Assembly: GCA_951406725.2 (NCBI GenBank)
Contig: OX597830.1
Location: 37,262,001-37,326,000, forward strand
Direction: 5' to 3'
From: Octopus vulgaris
Taxonomy: Eukaryota
Length of the DNA stretch: 64,000 nt
Each line of letters starts with the position of its first letter. Position 1 is the first letter of the stretch. The position numbers and the translations under genes were made by a program. This document shows positions 43,336 to 57,745 of this stretch, piece after piece. The notes under the pieces were generated by a model that was given only the letters and a program-made list of their open reading frames with translations, ran no database searches and was not told the origin of the DNA.

Positions 43336-43699
43336 TGATATAGTTAGTGCGCAAGAAGAGAATAGGAGCCGTGTTAGTTTGAATTTCTCATGTGGGAGAA
43401 CTATTATAATGTTTTCGAAAATAAAATATTTAAAAAATGCTATAAAAAATTTGGAAAATGTCAAGTAAAAGTATTCCCTCTGATTAGTAGTTCTAATCAG
43501 AGGAAAGACGAGTAGTTGTGAGAAATTCTTCAAGCTAATGCAGTACCCACGTTTAGGACATGTCGCATCTATGCTTTGAAGACAAGTAAACTGGGGCAGT
43601 TCTATATAGCAAATTTGAGGACTGTCAAAATTTCCATGGCAGTCGAAAATTAGAAAATATATCTAGGAAGCATTGGAGGCATACCAAATAATTCTTTCT

Positions 43700-43905
43700 A
43701 CTAGAAGCACAAGGCCTCCGATTAAGGGGGACGGGATTAAGTTGATTACATAGACCCCAGTGTGTAAATGGTACTTATTTAATTGACCCTGAAAGGAAGG
43801 AGGGCAACGTCGACGTCGGTGAAATTCGAACTAAGAACGTGAAGATGGACGAAATACTGCAAAGCATTTTGTCGCCGTGCTAACGATTCTGCCAGCTCAC
43901 CACCC
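43700..43905 (-). mobile_element. SINE family A-related copy
   Basis: gaccccagtgtgtaaatggtactt...gctaacgattctgccagctcaccacc. Confidence 0.75.
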
Positions 43906-44469
43906 CCGAAGAATACCAAATGATACTGGTTCAGCTGTATCGATTTCAAATTGAAGCAATACGTCGTGATGTATCGTAGTATATCTGGCTCCCTTCTTGA
44001 AACGAAGATACACGCGAAAAATAGAACACATATATATTTAGTAGCCCTGCCATCAACAAGCAAGACAATACATCAAAAACAAGTATTTGACTTGTCAACA
44101 TCTGTTACTCTAGAATTAGTCGCACTAGATTTGAGAAACTTTACCAGTGAGGGAACCATAGTAACTGTTGCATTGTTCGTGGAGTTCTTAATAAACATTT
44201 GAATAATTCAAAGCACTTTATATGTGATGGCATATATTTAATATCTATAGTTGTAATAAAACGTCTTGCATCGTATGGCTACTTTTATTGTTTTAAAGCT
44301 TAGAGATTATTTCAATATCCATGTTTCATATATTCTGTAAATTTGTTTATCTACAGTTTTGTTTGTAGAGAAGAATTTAAAAGCTCTTATGTAGTGATTT
44401 CACCTCTGTGGGAGCATATACCGGCTCATTGTAAGCACAATAATTTGTATCTGGTGTAGTTGGCACATA

Positions 44470-44529
<60 letters not shown>

Positions 44530-44531
44530 GC

Positions 44532-44721
44532 TACGAGTGATTCTGGAGAGTTCCCGGCTTTAAAGGTATCCGAGTTCTTTTACAGGATTTACAAAAACTG
44601 AAGGACCGCTGCAATAAGCGTGTGGATATGAGAACAGAATATGTTGAATAAAGTCATAATTAACTGATCTTCCTCTATGTTCTTTTGATGGAAGCCAGGA
44701 ACGTTTCAGCACGCCATCGTA
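44532..44721 (+). mobile_element. Mariner-derived MITE (~190 bp)
   Basis: Degenerate tacgag.../...tcgta TIRs; carries the transposase C-terminal remnant KRVDMRTEYVE*; inverted homologue at 52478-52683. Confidence 0.65.
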
Positions 44722-45011
44722 TTTATCATTATTACTAATTATTGACAAACCTATTCCTAAAACATTTTGCCATCAAGTTCGTTTGTAACTTTTACTGTTG
44801 TTGAATTTAGTTTACCTGTTTATCTATCAGAAACCTTTTTAGAAAGTTGTTTATAAATGATAACCACCATTTGCAAACGAATATAATTTGATGGCAGGTG
44901 ACATATTTTCACAAATATTTTAAAATACTTATGCGGTGTAATGAACAGCTGTTGACACATTTTCGGTCTTCTTACATTTGTCCCAGTAGAACATTCGAAA
45001 TATGAAAGGTG

Positions 45012-45068
<57 letters not shown>

Positions 45069-45703
45069 GGTTACACTTGTACACAACTGTTACTTATTTC
45101 AATTGAATTGACTAGAGGCACGTAAAACAGTATGTAATGCTCAGGAATACAACGTCCATCAGGTACAAGATTCAATCCGCACATATGACAGCCAACCCCA
45201 AATTTTCTCTAATTGGCTACCTACTTCCACGACTTGAATGTAAAGCATTAACATTCTTAGTATAAAACTCTTTTATAAGTCATTATTGATATTTGTTTTG
45301 TATTGCAATTTATCAACACTATCTTCATTTATTACATATTTGTAACAGGTTAAACAATGAGTTGCTGAATTTTGGATGTTAAAATTGACAATACTAGTAT
45401 ATGTAAACATCTGTATAACAAATATCACAAGAGATTTCATTTGAGAAGCACAATTTTTCCGTGCTATACCGCTATACATTAGTGAAATATACACATATAT
45501 AAGTATACGTGTATAAGATACTATATTTGCTGTTCTGAATATTAAATATGAATTGAGAGTTACTCAATTAAGCATCTACATATCTTCTCATTGCGAAGCA
45601 GATATAACATATAACATGACAAGGATCGCTTGTTTGCCGGTGTAGCCTTGGAAAATGTCACGCCATGTTCTGTTCTAGATCATATACCGACTTGATTAAT
45701 TAA

Positions 45704-46230
45704 CCCCTTGACGCCGGTATTACTCGAAGCAAGCGAGACACTGCTCGGTTTTTTTTTTTTTTATCTAATGAAGCCACACAAACACACAAGTGCCAACAAG
45801 CTCGCGTCTAGTTACGTTCATCGTTACAATAACATAGCGTCGTACATTTACGTCTACCGGTTTATGAAAACGAACTATGTGAAGCTATTTATCAAGATAT
45901 GATATGCGCGAGTTATTCTGCTCAAGTTCAAAAAATAGCTTGCGTGTGGTACAACTCAAAACACAGTATTATGCATGTAAAGTATCCGCATGTCCTTGGT
46001 CTACTGCTAGTCTCATGACTTGAACGTAACCTAAAATAGCAAAGATAATGCACAGGACGGCGAGCACGCGCACCTTTAGAGATAAAGTACACGATAGCGA
46101 ACGTAAACATACGTCAGCCGCTAAAAAGTCCGTGATAGATGTATGGCAGCTCTACATCGTATATTTACGTTAACCGCGGGTAGGCAAGCAAAAGCATGAT
46201 CGTATATTTGCGTCAACCGTTGTCAAAGGT
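45704..46230. mobile_element. piggyBac-like non-autonomous element
   Basis: TTAA flanks (45700-45703, 46231-46234); TIR ccccttgacgccgg / ccgttgtcaaaggt; repeated internal cgtatatttacgt motifs. Confidence 0.7.
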
Positions 46231-47061
46231 TTAAATCGGAAAGTTTCTGAAGGTATACAGGACACGCGCAAACGCACGCACGCACACATACATGCATACA
46301 TAAGTTTAATGTGAATGATTGTCGCACAATAACCTGAAAACAAATTCTATTCACGAAATATTGATCAATCAGTGAAAGATACTTGCAAAGAACGATGCGT
46401 TTTATCAAAGCAACTTTCTTCATCTTGCAGCCATGACTGCGCTCGCATGGTGATCTATACTGCTAATTTATATTAGAAAATTACTATATGTGTTAAGCTA
46501 ATATTACGTAGAATACGCTGTAAGAACCATTTCATAAAATGATTTTCCATTACCGTGAGCCAGTAGGACATCTCTATAAATATTACTTAATGAACGTATT
46601 AATTTCAATAACGTTAGATAATGTTATTTTTTTTATTACTTGCCACTCCGTATAGACATTTATAGAGGAAGCAAATATATTTAAATACCAGACAGAATTG
46701 CGTTTTATTTTTTGATATTTTCAAAGTTCTGTATAAATCTATATTAGAAGACAGTTTTATATGCACATGCACATTTCAGATTAATTTTCTGAATATGCCA
46801 AGAACGAATTAAAATTTTGGTAAAATAACACATACGACGCAAATGTTTCGTTTTACTTTATTCTTCGTTTGCATAATACATGTACCATGTTATTTAAATT
46901 TTATTTGGTAAAATACATTCAGAAGTTAGCATGTAATCAGTGCTCCGTGAAATATTTTGTATGAAACTGAGAGGCAATTAGAAATGTTAGCCTTGTTACA
47001 GCTTCACTGTCTATTATTTCATGCCTCCTTATTATAGTAGTATGAGCATGTTGTTTCGTTT

Positions 47062-47366
47062 TTGTTTGTTCCTTCTCGAGCCATGCCTGGATCATAAGGG
47101 CCGGTTTCCCGGTTTCCTTGGCGTGTAGATTCACCACCTGGAAGTGACACCGGTCTGTTGCAGGTGGACTGCTAGATGCAGGAGGAAAGAGTGAGAGAAA
47201 GTTGTGGCGAAAGAGATCAGCAGAAGTTCGCCGTTACGTTCTGCCAGAGCCGCGTGGAGTTTAAGTGTTTCGCTCATAAACACACACATCGCCCGATCTG
47301 AGATTCGAACCCGCAATCTCTCTACCGTGAGTCCGCTGCTGTAACCACTAGGCCATGTACCATCAC
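47062..47366 (-). mobile_element. SINE family D copy
   Basis: Reverse complement is collinear with 22036-22338. Confidence 0.85.
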
Positions 47367-49729
47367 AGTAGGAACATAGTATATCTAATATCTGATTTTC
47401 ATTGCGTTTAGAATTCTGTCGTCCTACATTTCTCTAGAGAAGCTACTGAAAAAAAAAGTATGTTTTGTATTCATTTCAATAGTTTTATTTTGGGCGGTAA
47501 AAAAAGCAATAATGAAATAAATTTTCTATTTTGATATCGCATGATCTTAAATTTACTATACTTTAAATTCAGAATCATGTTCTATATACAGAACCAAAAT
47601 ATTTAGATCATTTTCCTATGAAGAAGTAAAAAGTATACTTAAAAAATTTACCTCGGCAAGATTAAAAATAAAAAAATTAAACTTTTTGCGATAGAAAAAA
47701 TAGTATCCTTTGAGTCGACGTTATTGATATTTAAGCAGAATTCAAACATTGGAAAAATATTTACCTTTGTTTTTTGAGTTCATGTAAATAAATAGTATGT
47801 AATTGCTCGCGTCATTCTCAGTTCAAATCACTGATACGCCAGTCAATTTTCACTTCAACCAGATGAATAAAACCTGTGATGTAGTTGTGTTGAACATGTC
47901 AGAAATCGTTTCTCTGAAACTGAACACGTGTGTCTTGAGTTCAACATCGTTTGGTAAAACATGTTTGACTAACTTGTATCATAGGTCTTCTACTCAGACA
48001 AATGTGCTAAACTCGAAAAATGTTACCAACTAACTTTTTTGTCGAAACACTCATACATCCGCATGTTTGTGTTTATATATGTAAATGTGTATTTATGCAT
48101 GCATGAATGTGTGTAGGTATGTATGTTAGCCGATGTAGCATTGTTACAATTGATAATTCTTAATCCATATATTATGCTGAACATCATTTCTTTCTCTCCT
48201 GGATTTAAAAAAGTGCTTCATTTAAATTAGTAAACTGATACATTAGAAAATATCCTGTGAAAAAACAATCAAATCATTACATTCATTGGCTTCAGCTGTG
48301 TTTACTTTTGCAATATTTCACATTTTATATCCTATCTGTATTCTTATGTGGTAAATACTTTGTCTTTTGTGGCAAACCTATGACGTGTGTTAATGAATAT
48401 AATAAAGTATAGATCTGTCTCTATTCTATTGGAAAAAATTAGTTTAATTTTTTGTATCTACACCGAATTTTCTACAATATTTTTCATAATTTCTGATGAT
48501 TTTTTTAATCATGTATTAATAGTTTATGTTAAAATACATATCTTTAAAGGAAACATCTATTAGAAAAATATTAAAGTCAATTTGCGTTAATAGTCTGATG
48601 CTGAATGACAAAGGGTGTAAGAGACATTAAAATTCAAAGCTGCAATCAGCTGTCTGTGATTTGACCCTCATTCTGGGAATATATTGTACAATGGCTTACG
48701 TGATATATATATCATATCCCCTGTCAGAACGATAAGATTGATCTGTCATTTCTAGGTCATTTCTAGGTGATTCAAATTTCGCAATTGACACAACTCGACT
48801 TGCCCTACATTATAACATTATCATTTTTAAATAATATATTTCTGAAAACAGTTATATATTTTAATGTTTGATCAATACGAGTCTTGTACGTTTTGATTCT
48901 AAGCTCTTGGTCTCAAGATTCGACCGCTGACTAGAGTTTGATGTTTTTAACACAGATAATATTCTCGGCAAATGATTAGAATAAGATGAAATTACGTTTA
49001 ACAATTTTGCTGCTTTTTACAAAATTTTATTTTGATTCGCATAGAAATCCATTGCTTCATCACTTAATTTAGGAACTACATGCATCTTCATGATATACGG
49101 AGTTTTCTTTGTCCGATCTTGTTACCTCACGTTATACCTTTCCATATGTAAACAAACTCAATAAATGAATTAACAAAAATAAATCGTGAGAAACTTTATA
49201 TATACTTTATACGCACTTTCTGACAAGTTGTGGTGCACCTGAGCACTGTATACAATAATTTCAATATTATTTAAACCAGCCCAAATCAATTACAGTACCA
49301 AATCCCGTCAGCACACTGTCTAGGTTCAAATTTTAACAAATTCAGTTATGCGTTTCCTCTTTTCTCCAGAAAACTTATTTAAACCAAGAATAACGCGTGC
49401 GATTACATACTATATTTCTTTATTTATAATGTACAATACACCGGTGCTGACGAAATGGAATATACACTTCGTGGAACAGAAGTAACTTTGCGTTAATAGG
49501 ATAAAGAATTATTCAGAATTTGAATACAAATAATATGTCAGCGGTGGTGGGGTCGTTTGGTAGAATCTATTATTTAATTCGATGATATATGCTTTCAAAC
49601 AAACCAAAGCTAAAGGCGATGCTACTCCCGTTGAAAAGATGTAGATAACATTCAGTGATTTTCCAAATGATGATGCTTGATCGATTTCTTCAGTTTAACG
49701 AACCTTTGTTTTCGTATATATTTAAATGT

Positions 49730-50116
49730 GTATTTAGTATTATTTTAGAAAAATATTGTGAAAAAATATGATTGGCTCTTTACATTTTGATTGTCAAATT
49801 TAAAAAGTAATTTTTGTAACTCAACACTTTCAAACTTCGGACACTGGTAGAATGTGTCATATAAAACATATTTTACTGTTAGCATTTTTGAGAAAAACTT
49901 ATATTTACGAAGTTAGTTCACGTTAAAGTTGTCCTACTTCGGTAATTTCAACCAATCAATGACGTGTATTCATCTGAATAAAATTACTGCCATTGTTTGT
50001 CAACAACAACTATCGGCGGTGTATTTTTCGTTTGTCACTGTTATTTATGACATCGTTCGTGCGTTTGTACTGGTTTTAACTTTAAGATTTTAGGGTTAGG
50101 GTTAGGGTTTTTAGGG
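49730..50116. repeat. Unclassified interspersed-repeat-like segment ending in a short (TTAGGG)n tract
   Basis: ttttagggttagggttagggtttttaggg at about 50088-50116; the left boundary is a guess. Confidence 0.4.
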
Positions 50117-50233
50117 AATGAGTCGACTAAGTGCAGGAAATTTGGAATATTTTTATTCTAATAAAGGTATAAACACCGAAGTGTTTAAGATGTCTTGATG
50201 ATCAAAACATTATTGTTGTAATTGCATCATTTG

Positions 50234-50523
50234 AAGGCGGTGAGCTGGAGGAAACGTTAGCATGCCGGGCGAAATGTGTAGCCGTATTTCGCCTGCCGTT
50301 ATGTTCCGCTGAGGAACATAATTCCGCTGAGGTCGACTTTGCCTTTGATCCGGTCGGGGTCGATAAATTAAGTACCAGTTACGCACTGGGGTCGATGTAA
50401 TCTACTTAATCCGTTTGTCTGTCCTTGTTTGTCCCCTCTGTGTTTAGCCCCTAGTGGGTAGGAAAGAAATGGGTATTTCGTCTGTCTTTATGTTCTTTAT
50501 GTTCTGAGTTCAAAGTAGAAAAG
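50234..50523 (+). mobile_element. SINE family A with an extra 3' partial repeat and 14 bp TSD
   Basis: TSD aattgcatcatttg (50220-50233 / 50524-50537). Confidence 0.88.
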
Positions 50524-52477
50524 AATTGCATCATTTGGGATAAGACACCTCCCAATCATAGGCCTTACTTTTTAAAGAAATTATAATGAAAACTGAAAAT
50601 AAAATAAAATTATCAATATAAAATTTATACCATTAAAAAATCTTCTAAGATATAAATACTGAATTTATGTGTACAGTTTACTCTAAAACACTAACAGTGA
50701 ATATTTCTGTATAGCAATATCTTGCTGTATTATGAAATCTGTTTTATTTCATCTTAGTTCACAACCAATAGAGCACACATAGGAAGTAAGGCTATTCAGT
50801 AGTTACTAATTCGTATGTTTTAAAATATATAGGGCAATACTATTTAGTGTATTGTTCTCTTTCTCGAGAACGAAGCGTGTGATTTAAATCAGATTCGGAT
50901 GCTATATATCGCATATCTAACAATCACGAAGATTTCTCTTTGGAATTCAAATTGCTAATATATGATAGGGAGCGGGAATCTGCAGGTGTTTCTTCTGAAA
51001 TTAAATAAACACAGTCTTAGATAATATATATGTTTCGACTTCACCTAATTCGCTAAGATTGATCTGCCATAGATAGATAAGGATTTGAAAATATTAGAAA
51101 ATTAAAACTACATCTCTCACTAATGAGAGACATTAAGATATGCACCATATGTAGGATGTTTAACTGTAGATTATCGCTATATATCCCCATAATTGTTATA
51201 TTTTCTCATAATATTTAGCTTTAGATTATTGTTATATATTCCCGTAAGTATATCATTGTTATATATTACCATAAATAAATTTTGAAAATCTTACGCTCAG
51301 ATTCTATATATATTGTTTTCAATGTAAAGTATTTTGTATTTTAATCATGAAAAAGAACTATGGTGTGTGAGGTTGTATCTTGATAAACGAAAATACGTCG
51401 GTGACAGGAATCTGATAGTTTTGCCATAGAACGTAGAATCTCCCCAGATTATTGAGAGATTGGCTAGCAGTTCTTCGAAAAATACAGGCCATCTTAAGTA
51501 AATGTATTCCTAACTTTTCAGCAGCTTGCAAACAGAATTTTTTTCGTATCAGAGGAATCAATATAAACGAACTACGCAAAGTATCATGCAGAAATAAACG
51601 AAATAAGCAAGATAAAATGTTAATATAAAACAATATTAAGGAGCAAGAGTTAGAAAATATTGTTACTGCTGGTTTAATCATTAAGAAACCATAAGTGGTG
51701 TTTGTGGTGTTGTTTGCGTTTGCTAAACACGGGTAATGCATACTGTATCAATGATATTGCGTTATTGCTAACATATGTACGTATGACGTAACGTGATATC
51801 TATAAATGCATAAATCAGCAATTGTCTGGACGAATTCACCATCAAAGCATGTGTTAGACAGATTAATATTCCGAATGATCTAGCAAACATTTGTAGCACT
51901 TTATTATCCACGGCGACATTTATGTGTCTCTCGTATATATGAGCAGAAAGTAAATTTGTCATTCATAGTCGAGAGAGTTGGACTGGAAAACATTTATATG
52001 AAGATTACACTAGAATAAATGAATACAAAAAAATACTACACGCAGCGTTCACGATGTGTTCCTATCATTAATAATTTATACAGTAACAAATTTATCGCTG
52101 TTGATATGCAATACAAAGCTAACTAAATATATGTATCTCATCGTAGCGCTCAATATGTTATGACTGTTCAATGATTTTCATTGCTATTTTGGATATTCGA
52201 TAACTTTTAACATTTTCGTCTGAATTATTATTCCCGTTGCAGGCAAACAATTAAATAGTTCATATGTTATAAATAGATCATATCAATAGTAGATATCTTC
52301 TGTTAGATTTCATTTGCTCATCATAAAGTTTATGTTTAAATAGCCATCAGAAAGTGAACATATCAAACAAAGATACTTCAACACGTTTAAGATAAGGGTA
52401 ATAAACCACTATAATACGAATTTCTAAAATTCTGACTCACACGATGCGTGTCAAAAGTGAATATATATACATATATA

Positions 52478-52683
52478 TATGAGAGGTTGGTTGCTGAAAA
52501 GTTTCTGTCTTTGGGCAAAAGAAAGTACAAGAGAATCAGTTAATTATGGTCCCGTCTCAGATTGACACATTGCAGCAATCCTTCAGTTTTTCTTAGCCCA
52601 ATAACAGAACAGGGAAAGTTGGACCTCCAGCCACGCCTTAGATGGTACCTTTAAAGCCAACAACTTTTCAGCAGTACCTCGTA
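52478..52683 (-). mobile_element. Mariner-derived MITE
   Basis: TIR core gctgaaaagtt / aacttttcagc...ctcgta; shares aaaaactgaagga..gctgcaat and cataattaactgat with 44532-44721. Confidence 0.7.
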
Positions 52684-52699
52684 TAATAAGCATAATGTA

Positions 52700-52880
52700 A
52701 ACTTTTTAGATGAGGTGGCTGCTAGTCGGTTAAATCATTCCCAGTGCCTAACTCGTAGTGTTTTCACTGACGCCGAAAAAACTCGACAATTCGGCAGAAT
52801 TTGAACGCAAAACGTAGGGACGGACGAAAAGCCAATAAGCTTTTTGTGCGGTTACTACGAATTCTGACAGGTCGCTGCCT
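52700..52880 (-). mobile_element. Degenerate SINE family A copy
   Basis: cggcagaatttgaacgcaaaacgtag...gaattctgacaggtcgctgcc. Confidence 0.6.
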
Positions 52881-53028
52881 TACGTTTATCTAATATCACA
52901 ATCATTTTTTCATAATCTCATTATTGATATTTCTCATGCAAAAATACTAAAAAAAAGCGGTTCTTTTTCCCGAAATTTCTGTGTGTGTCTGTCTTATTCT
53001 CTCTCCCCCTCTTTCTTTCTTTCTTTCT

Positions 53029-53070
<42 letters not shown>

Positions 53071-53245
53071 ATATACACACATATATATGTGTATGTATAC
53101 GTGGAGGTGCGCGGCTAAGTTGCACTCAGGGTTAGGTCTCTGAGGAACTGTCTGGTGTTGACGGCTTTGCCGGTCACGTTACTGCAACTGTTGTTTATAC
53201 GTGCAATCTTGTCTCTTATGTATGCAGCTTTGGCTCTGAAATCTG

Positions 53246-53821
53246 AATGGCTACCCACCATCTTTAGCTAAACAACGCCGCCTGAAGAACATCAAGGTCA
53301 ATAAACCCCGTAAGAACCATCATACTCCCGAGGCCGGCACGTGCTTCCTAGAGCTACCACACTTTGACGAAAAAACTACTGCAGCGATACAACATGCAGC
53401 GCGCTGGGAAGGACTCAACATAAAGATAGTGCACACCGGTCCTTCCCTAAGAAACTCTCTGTCCAAGAACAAAACCTCCCACTACACCGAGGAGTGCACA
53501 TAATCGAACCGCCCCATCATTGGCTCTGAGTTATGCCATTGGAACTATGTTGTATATAAGATCAACAGTGGTAAATGTGGCGCATCTTACATAGGAAGCA
53601 CGAGAAGAAAACTGCATGTACGGATTAAGGAACACATGCACGCAAACACTTCCGTGAAGAAACATCTGTGGAAATACCAGTCCTGGGAATTCACAGTGCA
53701 CATCAAGTCAACACAGCGGAATAGGGTCAACCTTAGAATCTCTGAGACCATCCTCATACACGAAAAAATGTCTAAGATCAACAATAGAAGAGAGATACAG
53801 GAAGCTAACTGGTTGCTATAG
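53246..53821 (+). pseudogene. Penelope-like element C-terminus with GIY-YIG endonuclease
   Basis: NGYP, FLELPHF, then from 53546 YVVYKINSGKCGASYIGSTRRKLHVRIKEH...LRISETILIHEKMSKINNR. Confidence 0.85.
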
Positions 53822-53993
53822 CAACACCTTTCCGCGCATGTCCATTCCACACACACACACACAAATATTGAATACATTAATTCACATATTTGTTTTCTTG
53901 TGATTTACCTTGCATTTATATGGCACGATCCTTTATATTACCCACGATCCTTTATACAATATATTCTACACAATGCTTCAAAGTAATTATTCC

Positions 53994-54046
<53 letters not shown>

Positions 54047-55436
54047 AACAAAACGCAATAGAGAGCATTAAAAAGTTTGGACAGATAGACGACACAAAGG
54101 CGGACATGAGAAACAACAATTTCTTTCTTCATTCAAGTACCAGAAGTCACGACCATTTCGGACAGTTACACTTGAGATGGCTCGATCTGGTTGTCCCCCA
54201 AAAGGTCTAAACTAAGCGCATTAGACTCCTTTGTAAGAAAGCCAGCTAATGTGTACGGCAACAAAGACCAAAAACAAACAAAAATACGGAGAACATAGTA
54301 CAGAATTGCAAATAGAAACAATAAGAAATAACAACAGGCGTCTTTCGACTGAGAACGATTCATATTGAGCTGGCGTGTATGGAGTGAAAGCCTAAAGGCA
54401 GGAACATGGGAGATGAGCACGAGACGTCTTGATGGTCGGCAGTCAGGCCAAGAAAGAAAGATCATGGCTGGCCGGACACCGATCACTTGGAAAGAGGAGA
54501 AATGGATAGGAGACAGCGGGATTGAAGGATTAGAAAAAAATAATCAGAGACAAAGGGAAAGCTGTAGGGGAGATAAACGAGTGGGAAATAGTGGGAGTTA
54601 AAGAAAGAGAGCGAAGAAATGTGAGAGAGGTGGAGCGAGAGAAAGGAAGTTATATGAGAGGTGGAATATATGTATACACACATCCGCACATTTACACACA
54701 CATACACGTATATACATATATACATATATACAGTGTGTGATGTGTGTGAGTGTGTCTATGTGTGTGTATGCACACACTTTGACGTTCACTCAGGAAAGTT
54801 CACTAGAAGAGTCGAAATCCTAAATTTGTATCGTATTAAAAAAAAAAATCACAAAACATTATCTCATAAAATATACATCTCTATCGAACTTTGGCACATT
54901 AACCTTTTCCCTGATACTTTCTCACTGAAAATGGAGATATTGAAGTTTGAGAGGACGATCAATATTTCAATGCAGTTAATCCATACGAACTGGAAATTGT
55001 GCAGTTCGTTGTTGATCGAGCAAATATGTGTTAATTGTATTGACTAGGAAACAAAATACTTAAGATCATATTTAAAAGCAATTCCAGCCTGGATATAACA
55101 TAATCGTTTATTAATTGTTCATTTTCCTCTGAAAATAATCGTACTTCAACGTGATTAAAGCAGAAAATAAATGAATGCATTAGGGTTAGATTTATTTGAC
55201 GGTTTTTTTAATTTCATAAATATATATATGATATGTTATACGATCAGAATTACAATAGGGCAAAGGTTAATGGTTTTTCAAGATCTGATAATACAAATTG
55301 AAATTGCATTAAAACAGCTTTGATAAATTAATATACATTGCAACTCGATGAAATTCCATACAAACTCCCGCAAAACCATAAACGCACGTATTCATCAATC
55401 GTAGCGACAACAAATAAGTACACACACGCACGCACA

Positions 55437-55506
<70 letters not shown>

Positions 55507-55597
55507 CACATACACATACAGGCATAGCGCATATCTATGTACGAATGTATGTGTATACCTATGTCTATTCGTAAATATACATTCATATACATACAAT

Positions 55598-55688
55598 ATA
55601 TCTGTAAATGTAATATGTGACAATTATTCGGCAGTTTCGGATGCCGAGGTGGAAATCCACGCCGCCATCTCTTTAGTTCTCCGGCCAT
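55598..55688 (-). mobile_element. PLE-like short repeat with decayed HHR (CTAAAGA core)
   Basis: Homologous to 56378-56470 (gtttcggatgccgag.tggaaatccac). Confidence 0.55.
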
Positions 55689-55718
55689 GTACATACAATA
55701 TATATGTATGTGTGTGTA

Positions 55719-55761
<43 letters not shown>

Positions 55762-55771
55762 ATATACATTC

Positions 55772-55841
<70 letters not shown>

Positions 55842-56325
55842 ACATAGACATTTGAAATCGGTGGACAGATTTAACTATGTATATATTTTCCTGACACGTA
55901 TGCTTTGCTTATATGATATACATTTATAACAATATTTATAACATTTAAAGAATAAAAGGTCATAGAATGTATTGCCAATTCCATATTGATATTTGATTCA
56001 AAATGCCTTCACCATTAGAATTATACATTTACGTTCACCAGAAAATCTATTTCCGTATTTTTCTTCAAGGCATTATATGCATTCCACTTCTATAACTGTA
56101 TAATTCTACTTTCAGAGAGTAAGTGGAGTTAGGATTAATTGCATCAGCATTATTTCAATGTTTATTTTCCATAGAATTCAATAAATAACTGGAGAACGCT
56201 TGTCATTTTTGTTGTTGTTGTTTTTGTTGTCTATAGCACCGTTATCCAAAGTCACCAGTTAACTGACAAATATGATTCATACCGTTCATTAGGTTACATT
56301 GTACCACTAACACACACACAGACAC

Positions 56326-56383
<58 letters not shown>

Positions 56384-56404
56384 GTAAAATAATATGTGAC
56401 AAGG

Positions 56405-56461
56405 TAAAACTCTGAGTTTCGGATGCCGAGATGGAAATCCACACCACTATCTCTTCGGTTA
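56405..56461 (-). ncRNA. Type I hammerhead ribozyme motif (CCGAAGA core)
   Basis: Minus: taa-CCGAAGA-gat...atc-c-GAAA-CTC(A)GAG-TT-tta. Confidence 0.55.
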
Positions 56462-56740
56462 TCTGGCCATCTGAAAACTGGTATGTTTTTCATAGAATAA
56501 TTTATGTAATAGGCGTCCATATTAAATTCTTCTGTGTGTTAGAGTCTTCAACCGATGTCTGGCGATTATCCAAAAAAGCCGCATTAGCTCTTAGTGAAGC
56601 ATAGCGTCGTTCTGGAGGTAATTTATTGGTAAAAACGGTAAGATAACAAACGAAAGAGACTTCAATATTATGTAAATAGAGGAAATATACATATACATAC
56701 ATACACACACACATATATATATACATATATACATACACCC

Positions 56741-56804
<64 letters not shown>

Positions 56805-56950
56805 CGGTAATTACTAACAAGCCACACATTTTGCAGTGTTAAATATATATATATATATATATATATATTAGAGGGAGAAGACAACAAAAATCAAGGCAGG
56901 GCGAGAATCTCATGTCATTTATGATAATTTAGACTAAGATGAATTTGAAT

Positions 56951-57024
56951 TCTTACAGCTGTTACTGGGATACACCAAGTGATAGGCTAGAGTGTCCGTA
57001 TCCAAAGTATATCCTCATGAGAGA
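56951..57024 (-). ncRNA. Decayed type I hammerhead ribozyme motif in a PLE-like repeat (about 56868-57130)
   Basis: Minus: tct-CTCATGA-ggatatac...gtgtatcc-ca-GTAA-CAGCTG-TA-aga; stems intact, two core substitutions. Confidence 0.55.
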
Positions 57025-57504
57025 CAAGGTGAGAATGTATGAAAGTTCTAGACGGAGAAATTAGCTGTGTATAAAGAGGAAAATATGAGAATAAACAGTA
57101 AAAGCAGATAGAAGAATACAGACAGGCGAAAAAAAAATCACAGGAGAACTATTTTATTCCTTATAAACTTTAAATTACCCTATCCGGAACGCACCTTGTC
57201 TCTGGTGGCCGAATATCCAATGTACACGCATGCTAGCCTATCAATTGGGATATCCTAGAAACAGTTGCAAGAATTCAAATTCACCTTACCCTAAATTATT
57301 ATAAATGCCTTGAGATACTTGTGTTACCTTGGTTTTGTTGTCCTTTTCCTCTAATATATACCCGCTAACACGAAACCCTAATACGGTACCCTTGCTCTAG
57401 CCTCAACTGTGAACTTGGAACCTAACTGATGATCATTTATATAGCTTACTCAGCGTACACATTCCTTTAGATCACCAGTGAACTAAACCCCATCATAGTC
57501 TTGG

Positions 57505-57745
57505 AACTAACAATATTATCCACTATCTTTCCAACTACAACTTTGGGCAAAGTTTTGAATTCAATATGACAAAATCTCGCGGACATGCTTATAAAATATT
57601 TTTAAAAAATAAACACAGCACCCATGACATTCGGAAACATCTTTTCATGTTCAGAATCGCTGAGGCGTGGAATAAACTTCCCTTATCAGTTGTTAGCTGT
57701 CGAGACACTACATCCTTCAAAACTTCAATGCTTCCTGAAATCCGA
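57505..57745 (+). mobile_element. CR1-type LINE 3' fragment
   Basis: SRGHAYKI...IRKHLFMFRIAEAWNKLPLSVVSCRDTTSFK, the CR1 ORF2 C-terminal signature. Confidence 0.8.
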
